Assembly (NCBI GenBank): GCA_963770895.1
Contig: CAVYRF010000001.1
Location: 1,376,001-1,440,000 of the forward strand
From: an uncultured Acidobacteriota bacterium
Lineage (GTDB): Bacteria; Acidobacteriota; Thermoanaerobaculia; Multivoradales; UBA5704
DNA: 64,000 nt
Direction of reading: 5' to 3'
In this document: positions 58,758-64,000 of the stretch, piece by piece
Layout of the letters: each line of letters opens with the position of its first letter
Numbering within the stretch: the stretch's first letter is position 1
Made by a program: the position numbers and the translations under genes
Notes under the pieces: generated by a model
What the model saw: only the letters and a program-made list of their open reading frames with translations
Told to the model about the DNA's origin: nothing
Database searches by the model: none

Positions 58758-60017
58758 ACTTGTGGAGCAAGGCAAAGGGTCGGCAGGCGGTAGGTACTCG
58801 CTCCAGGCGTAGGCGAAATCTTCAGCCCAATAGCCGCGCATGGTTCTCTTCGAATTATGACGCGGCTTAATAGGGTGATTGGGGTCACCATCAATCGTGA
58901 AGAGACTTATTCTCAGCATAGATGACAGGATATGTTCATTAATGCCGCGGCCGTTTTTCATGGTTTCCCAGGGCTCCTCCTTACGCGCTTTTAGCTCATC
59001 AATGACGTTCCCTGATGACCGAAAGGTGAACCCGGTAAAGATCTCTCTGAGTGCGGAGAGAAGGAGCGTAGCAAGAGACTGCGAGTCCTGTTCCGCGTCT
59101 TTATTGTCGATGGCATCGGCATACTTCTTGAGCTGGTTGATGCTTTCGCAGTCCTCCTTGCAGCCACCTGCAATCCATAACACTACCTGCAATGGTCGCA
59201 GCAGTTCAGCCATCCTGCTGTTTCGGATGGGTAGCGGCGAAACCATCGTGTAGTAGGTAGAGGCCAGCTCCTCTTTCTCTTTGGCCCATTCATGTAGCCT
59301 CTCTCTAAGTTCCTTTCCCCGATCTTCGACCCGTTTTCGGTCGAATGTAGCAACGGTTCCGTGCGCCCTATTCAGGTATACAGGAATGCACCTGTCGGCC
59401 AAAATTGGATGCGGCCTACCGATCATCGCCAGAATCTTGGCGCCGTATATGCTGAATGATTTTGGTGAAAAACGTTTGTTTATACCTGGTTCGCAGCGGC
59501 CGATAACTGCGTCAACTTCGATGCCCGCTTGCAGCAGCTTGCGTAGTGCCTGACCCATTGCATCGCGTTTGTCTCCCAGCGACATGTGCGCTTCGTCAAA
59601 TAGGAGGGTAAGCGGCTCGCCCCTTTTTCTGCCCGCCTCAATCGCACGAAATAACCACGCTGGAGTGACATCCGGCGAGAACTCGGGGAATGGCACGACG
59701 GCCTTCAAGATCTTAAGGAGGCGCGTTTTCCCGCATCGCATCTCAGGCGACATAAGGGCAAGCACCGGGAAGATATCCCAACATTCGAGCAGGTAGATCG
59801 CTCCTACGTATGCGGTGATGATCGTGATCGCTTCGGGTGGAAGTATCATGTACTCGGCTATCAACCTATACACGTCGCCTAGCGGCCCTTGTATCTCTTT
59901 TTCGGCCGTCCATCCGTCCATCCGTCCAGGAATGACGGGTGCCGGCGGCAGCGGTTGTCCCTCGGGGGCCTTCTCCGCGCCGTATGGGATCGTCGGCGCC
60001 GCGCGCCTTATCCCCAT
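58713..60017 (-). CDS. DUF3631-like satellite replication protein (P-loop)
   Basis: FPVLALMSPEMRCGKTRLL, TLLFDEA, ILAMIG..ILADRCI, RMAELLRPL, EEPW, RGYWAEDFAYAW. Confidence 0.75.
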   Translation of the reverse strand: MGIRRAAPTIPYGAEKAPEGQPLPPAPVIPGRMDGWTAEKEIQGPLGDVYRLIAEYMILPPEAITIITAYVGAIYLLECWDIFPVLALMSPEMRCGKTRLLKILKAVVPFPEFSPDVTPAWLFRAIEAGRKRGEPLTLLFDEAHMSLGDKRDAMGQALRKLLQAGIEVDAVIGRCEPGINKRFSPKSFSIYGAKILAMIGRPHPILADRCIPVYLNRAHGTVATFDRKRVEDRGKELRERLHEWAKEKEELASTYYTMVSPLPIRNSRMAELLRPLQVVLWIAGGCKEDCESINQLKKYADAIDNKDAEQDSQSLATLLLSALREIFTGFTFRSSGNVIDELKARKEEPWETMKNGRGINEHILSSMLRISLFTIDGDPNHPIKPRHNSKRTMRGYWAEDFAYAWSEYLPPADPLPCSTSPSGSSIRPDGPGSE

Positions 60018-60130
60018 GGTGACACCGCCTTTTCCGACAGACGATGCGGCGCTCGTTTGTTGTTCATGGGTCTATCACCCGGTGACCCGGCACTTGGCAC
60101 CATAGAGTAGCCGACGCTGCGCTTGCCCTG

Positions 60131-60406
60131 CTAAGACCGGCGAGCATTTGCACCTCTCGCAATCTGTCGGGACGATCGCGGTAGACTTGCGCTTTGTGTA
60201 TCGGAAGTAGAGTGCCGCTCTTGCTCGGCCATAAACTTCTCGATGGCTTCTCGTCGGTAAATCACACGACGCCCGAGTTTCACGAAGGTAGGGCCTTTGC
60301 CGTTCAGGCGCCACGCTTCTAAAGTTTGTCTCTTTAACCGCAGATACGTCGCCGCTTCCTCCGTGGTGATGTTGTCGTTCAGTATGTTCACTTGCGTTCT
60401 CTCCAT
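60131..60406 (-). CDS. AlpA/excisionase-like HTH_17 DNA-binding protein
   Basis: ITTEEAATYLRLKRQTLEAWRLNGKGPTFVKLGRRVIYRREAIEKF; start at 60406 or GTG 60391. Confidence 0.85.
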   Translation of the reverse strand: MERTQVNILNDNITTEEAATYLRLKRQTLEAWRLNGKGPTFVKLGRRVIYRREAIEKFMAEQERHSTSDTQSASLPRSSRQIARGANARRS

Positions 60407-60567
60407 TCTGAGCGTTCCCGCGTCTGGCAGGACTTGACGGGGCATAGGAGAGCATGCGCATTGGATGAGCAGCGAGGCTAGCTCATCCAGATTCTTTGCG
60501 AGGAAAGAGGGGCGGCGGCCAGCCTCTTGTCCGCGAGGTTCCCGAGGCAGGGAAGGAGAGGGGGGAG

Positions 60568-61149
60568 CTACCGGATGCCCAGCTTCTTGAGGCGGTGTCT
60601 GATGGTGTTTTCGTTCTTGCCGAGCTTGCGGGCGATGCGGACAGCCATGCGGCGAGTCGAATTGGTGCGGCGATCGTATAGATTTTGCGCGCGGTACTCC
60701 TTGGCGGCGGACTCGACATCGCGTTGCAGGCTCTCGGCGGCTTCGCTCAGTTCTCGCCCTCGTTTGCGTGCAGCCTCACGGCTTCTATCGCAAAACTTTA
60801 GCCAGCTCTGTACTTCTTTCCAGTTGTGGCGGGCCTCGGCCTCAGCCGCCCACACACCGATCGTGACCGCCTCGCTCGCGGCATACACTGCTTGGCCATG
60901 TTTCAAGTAGTCGCGCACGAGCCAAATTGAGAGCAGGATTTTTTCAGCATACCAAGCGCGTGAAAGCTCTGATGGTTCCGGTTCATGTGATCGCCCAAAC
61001 CGCACTCCTGGAGTGTTTTGACAGACCCTCTCCAGCTCCTTGATAAGCCCCTCGAATGAGGCAAAGGGGGCGCGCCTTCTCATTTCGGCCTTGAACCGCT
61101 CGAACTCCTCCAGGTTCGGCTTAGGCGGTCTCTTCGGCTGCTCGCTCAT
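60568..61149 (-). CDS. Hypothetical protein with C-terminal HTH
   Basis: ATGA-coupled to higA; ends RIARKLGKNENTIRHRLKKLG. Confidence 0.6.
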   Translation of the reverse strand: MSEQPKRPPKPNLEEFERFKAEMRRRAPFASFEGLIKELERVCQNTPGVRFGRSHEPEPSELSRAWYAEKILLSIWLVRDYLKHGQAVYAASEAVTIGVWAAEAEARHNWKEVQSWLKFCDRSREAARKRGRELSEAAESLQRDVESAAKEYRAQNLYDRRTNSTRRMAVRIARKLGKNENTIRHRLKKLGIR

Positions 61150-61466
61150 GACGCAAAGGCGTGCTCGGGAATCTTGCGGATCTCGTCGCGCAGCTTCCGC
61201 TCGGCGTGCCATAGGTCGTGGGCTGTCTGCATACGAAGCCAGAAGCCGGCGCCGTTGCTGCAAAACCGCCCAAGGCGCACCGCCATCTCGGGTGAAACGG
61301 CGGAGTTGCCGGCGAGAATTGAATGCAGCATCTGGCGGGAGACTCGCAACTGGCGGGCCGCTTCGGTAACGGTCAGCCCGAGCGTCGGCAGCACGTCTTC
61401 GCGCAGGATCTCGCCGGGGTGCGCAGGCTTCATGTCGGATGGGTGCTTGGCGTGGTACTCGGGCAT
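61146..61466 (-). CDS. higA: HigA family antitoxin
   Basis: HPGEILRED, LTVTEAARQLRVSRQML, VSPEMAVRL, FWLRMQTAHDL. Confidence 0.92.
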   Translation of the reverse strand: MPEYHAKHPSDMKPAHPGEILREDVLPTLGLTVTEAARQLRVSRQMLHSILAGNSAVSPEMAVRLGRFCSNGAGFWLRMQTAHDLWHAERKLRDEIRKIPEHAFAS

Positions 61467-61477
61467 CGGTCGGCTCC

Positions 61478-61753
61478 TCAGTGGTACTGCTCAAGATCTA
61501 CTCGTACGGCGTCACCGTCTTCCCATTCGAAGGTGATCCGCCATGGGCCGTTAACGTCGATCGCGTAGCGCACGGGCTTGCCATGAAGCCGGTGCAGCCC
61601 CAGCCCAGGCATGCCCAGCTCGCGTAGATCCTGCGCCGCGTGAAGGACGGTCAGTCGCCGCCGCACGCGGTCGAGCAGATCGGGACGGACCCCTTTCGGA
61701 TCATTCTCGTTCCAGAGCTTTGCGAGCCCCTTGTGCTGGAAGCTTCGGATCAT
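61478..61753 (-). CDS. higB: HigB family (RelE/ParE) toxin
   Basis: MIRSFQHKGL, LHRLHG, YAIDVNGPWRITFEW, VDLEQYH; toxin upstream of antitoxin. Confidence 0.92.
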   Translation of the reverse strand: MIRSFQHKGLAKLWNENDPKGVRPDLLDRVRRRLTVLHAAQDLRELGMPGLGLHRLHGKPVRYAIDVNGPWRITFEWEDGDAVRVDLEQYH

Positions 61754-61829
61754 CCCGTCCCTAGCTTAGGAGAGTCCATCCTGGGTGTCAATCGTGCCTT
61801 TACAGTTTCGCTGGACCGTTGCGGGGGGC

Positions 61830-63038
61830 TCAGGTCCTCATGGGCAAGACTTTGGCGGACGGCTCGGGCTCGCGGTCGAGCGCCGCGCGCAACCACCCGC
61901 TCACGCGGTCAGCCGCCGCGACCAGGGAATGGCTCCGGTGCGTGTAGCGGTCATGCGCATCCGTTCCAGGCGCATGGCCCATCAAGAGCTTGCGGACTTC
62001 CCGGTCCACGCCCAGCTCCGCCGCCGCAGTTCCGAAGGCATGGCGCGTGGCGTCGTATAGTCGGATACCAGCGGGAACCTCGGCGCGGGCCGTGACGCGC
62101 TCCCATAGGAGGCGCAGACTCGGGATGTGCTTGCCACTGGCGGGCGGACGAACAAAAACCCAAGGGCCAGTCCTGGCGAGCCCTGCGAGCACTTCCACCG
62201 CCGCCGCTCCCAGGACCACCACCCGTGGGCCGGTCTTCGCTGCCTTGAGCCCCCAGGTGCGGTCCGCCACGTTGATGTGCTCCCATCGGGCGGCGATCAC
62301 CTCAGCCGGCCGCGCACCGGTCAGCAGGCAAAACTTGAACGCAGCGACCGCTGCCGCGTCGTCTTCCTCTTCGAGCGCCGCGCCGATGCGCCCAAGCTCT
62401 TCGCGGCTGAGACCGCGCCCCCGTGGGGGCTCCGCAAAGCGATCGTGACGGGCGGCGGGGTTGCTGCGGTCCTGCGGGAACCACTGCCACCGCTGCGCCA
62501 GCGACCAGGCTTTCGAGGCAAGCGAGAGCAGCCGGTTCGCCATGAAGGGGTGAGCCGCGCCCACGTCCCGGTGCAGCTTGTCGAGATCCTGCCAGGTCAC
62601 GTCCGCAACCGGCCGCGCCTTGAGCGCCGGCACCAGGTAGAGGCGGAAGAGCATCTCAGCGTTTCGGCGTGAGCTTGCAGACTTGCTAGCGTAGTGCTCT
62701 GCGAGGACGCGATTGGCAAGGTCGGCAACGGTCGGCGCCGTGTCCGTCATGTGGCGCCGCGCCCGCCGGTCCTTGAGAGGGTCTTCCCCTCGGCCGACCG
62801 CCGCCTTGAGCTGGCGGGCCTCTTCGCGCGCGGTGTCTACGGTCCACTCGCCAAAGCGCCCGATCGTGTAGCGGCGCTCCCGCCCGCCGGCCCCTCGGTA
62901 GTTCAGCACGAAGGACTTCACGCCACCGCGAGAGACCGCGATCCCGAAGCCCTTCACGTCGGTATCCCAGGCGACCTCGGCGCGGTCGGGGCCGGGCTTC
63001 AAGCTGTCGGCCAGTTTTTTGGTGAGCTTCCGAGCCAT
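61830..63038 (-). CDS. int: Tyrosine integrase with N-terminal arm-binding domain (P4-like)
   Basis: WDTDVKGFGIAV..GVKSFVLNYR..RRYTIGRFGEWTVDTARE; LTGARPAE, KTG, YDATRH, LMGH, RYTH. Confidence 0.93.
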   Translation of the reverse strand: MARKLTKKLADSLKPGPDRAEVAWDTDVKGFGIAVSRGGVKSFVLNYRGAGGRERRYTIGRFGEWTVDTAREEARQLKAAVGRGEDPLKDRRARRHMTDTAPTVADLANRVLAEHYASKSASSRRNAEMLFRLYLVPALKARPVADVTWQDLDKLHRDVGAAHPFMANRLLSLASKAWSLAQRWQWFPQDRSNPAARHDRFAEPPRGRGLSREELGRIGAALEEEDDAAAVAAFKFCLLTGARPAEVIAARWEHINVADRTWGLKAAKTGPRVVVLGAAAVEVLAGLARTGPWVFVRPPASGKHIPSLRLLWERVTARAEVPAGIRLYDATRHAFGTAAAELGVDREVRKLLMGHAPGTDAHDRYTHRSHSLVAAADRVSGWLRAALDREPEPSAKVLPMRT

Positions 63039-63076
63039 GGCTGCATCCTCCTGTCCGGGTCCGCCGATCTCGCCTG

Positions 63077-63109
63077 CTGACTCAGCGCTGACTCAGCACC
63101 GACTCAGCA
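63077..63109 (+). repeat. Three tandem C(T/C)GACTCAGC(A/G) repeats (right integrase arm-type sites)
   Basis: Copies at 63077, 63088, 63099, between the int start and attR. Confidence 0.75.
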
Positions 63110-63212
63110 ATTTGCGTCAAACTCAGTACAGTAGTATCATACCACCCGGAGAGGAAAGTGCGGCAGAATAAGGGTTTGCAGGGCCAGGTCAAATTCAGTA
63201 AGGTTGGCCGCT

Positions 63213-63262
63213 GCTGATTCGTAATCAGCAGGTCATCGGTTCAATCCCGATCGTCGGCTCCA
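63213..63262 (+). repeat. attR: duplicated 3' half of tRNA-Thr
   Basis: Identical to 52709-52758, from anticodon stem to CCA; lacks the 5' half. Confidence 0.95.
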
Positions 63263-63368
63263 TAGAATCAAGTAGTTAGGCGGTTGGGGAGAGCGGCTGG
63301 TTTGGAATTGTGGCACACTCGTGGCACAAAAAGCATGGGCAGGTCTGGCAGGTCGAAACGGTCCTTCT

Positions 63369-63611
63369 TCATTTCGATTTCGCTGTCCTCTTGCCCGCCG
63401 GCTGGTGGGTGGAGGTGGCAAATCCTCGAGACCCTGTAGAGTGACTCGATACTCGCGCCGCATGCTGAACCACTAGACATATCTCCTTTCGCGGGAGACC
63501 GGGGGCGGCGACGACGGTGAGAAGGTCGGCGTGAAAGATGCGGGTCTTCTGGCCCGCGCGCGTGGGTTTCGCCTCGATCGCCAGGTGGCGGAGGGGGGAT
63601 GGCGCGGCCAT
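63369..63611 (-). CDS. Hypothetical small protein
   Basis: AAGGAG RBS before the ATG at 63611; no recognisable motif. Confidence 0.3.
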   Translation of the reverse strand: MAAPSPLRHLAIEAKPTRAGQKTRIFHADLLTVVAAPGLPRKEICLVVQHAARVSSHSTGSRGFATSTHQPAGKRTAKSK

Positions 63612-63700
63612 GTCGAGGTCTCCTTGGAGGTCGTGGCGCTCGCCGGAACGGCGAGCGCTCGACCGGGAGGCGCTTATTTCTCCCTCTCGGTGGGAGAGAG

Positions 63701-64000
63701 CTACCGCCGGGGGCGGCGTTCCTGGGGCAGGAACTTCCAGGTGCGCGCTTCGATGCGGGGTGTGCGATGGCGCAGGCAGCCGGTGGCGTCGGTGTAGAAG
63801 ACTTGGCGGAGCGCCGCGCGGACCCGTAGGTGCCGGCCGGGCTCGACGCGGGCGAGAGCGGTGGCGAGGTCGCCGGCGGCGACGATGCGGTAGGTCCTGG
63901 CGATGTGGCCATCGCCGCTGGCCGGCCACTGGGCTTCGAGGTCGAAGGCGGCGCAGGGAGATCCATCCACCATGGAAAGGGTCGGGCGGCGGGCGAGCTT
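63701..64000 (-). CDS. Divergent SSB-like OB-fold protein, 5' end outside window
   Basis: Frame open to the window edge: LARRPTLSMVDGSPCAAFDL..TYRIVAAGDLA..VEPGRHLRVRAAL..YTDATG..IEARTWKFL follows the SSB strand pattern. Confidence 0.45.
   Translation of the reverse strand, partial: KLARRPTLSMVDGSPCAAFDLEAQWPASGDGHIARTYRIVAAGDLATALARVEPGRHLRVRAALRQVFYTDATGCLRHRTPRIEARTWKFLPQERRPRR

Larger units (their letters stand above)
52709..63262. mobile_element. tRNA-Thr-integrated genomic island (phage-satellite/PICI-like, about 10.5 kb)
   Basis: 50-bp direct repeat 52709-52758 = 63213-63262; tyrosine integrase next to attR; AlpA/Xis-like, DUF3631 and HigBA genes; visibly lower GC in the cargo. Confidence 0.92.

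Noticed and set aside
52827-63109. Short repeats as a CRISPR array, or TGACTCA as a eukaryotic AP-1 site
   Set aside because: 11-bp head-to-tail units without spacers or cas genes; position at island ends fits integrase arm sites
63213-63262. Second tRNA-Thr gene
   Set aside because: Only the 3' 50 nt are present, with no 5' acceptor strand or D-arm; it is attR

Overview
High-GC bacterial chromosome segment, most likely Acidobacteriota (class Thermoanaerobaculia). This is inferred from an ADOP-type permease, spoVG next to tRNA-Gln-prs, and a characteristic C-terminal 'LCL..RF.V..VKVL..C..FWWVF..GLTN' domain. Bases 1-42 kb are mostly housekeeping: an mdtABC-type RND efflux operon, ssb, dtd, HU, TPR/lipoprotein, spoVG-tRNA-Gln-prs-rplY-pth, rpsF-rpsR-rplI, PBP1A, uvrBC and topoisomerase IB. 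Interspersed are a 14-Cys secreted peptide, a decayed beta-helix-like gene and an orphan lanthipeptide-like precursor. The standout is 42.1-52.4 kb, a glycan cluster resembling the cytoplasmic half of the eukaryotic N-glycan lipid-linked-oligosaccharide pathway. It holds a non-dcw MurG paralogue (candidate ALG13/14 equivalent), clear ALG1-like and ALG2-like mannosyltransferases, two ALG11-like GT4 enzymes (one frameshifted), a PglK-like ABC flippase and a GT-C-like polytopic membrane protein. From 52.7 to 63.3 kb a ~10.5 kb satellite-like island is integrated at tRNA-Thr(CGT). It has a 50-bp att duplication, arm-site repeats, integrase, HigBA, an AlpA/Xis-like gene, a DUF3631 gene with octamer iterons, and a defence-like gene bracketed by a perfect 78-bp inverted repeat. 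A second element probably begins right after attR. Family assignments come from motifs recognised by eye, and reference motifs are recalled from memory; no searches were run.
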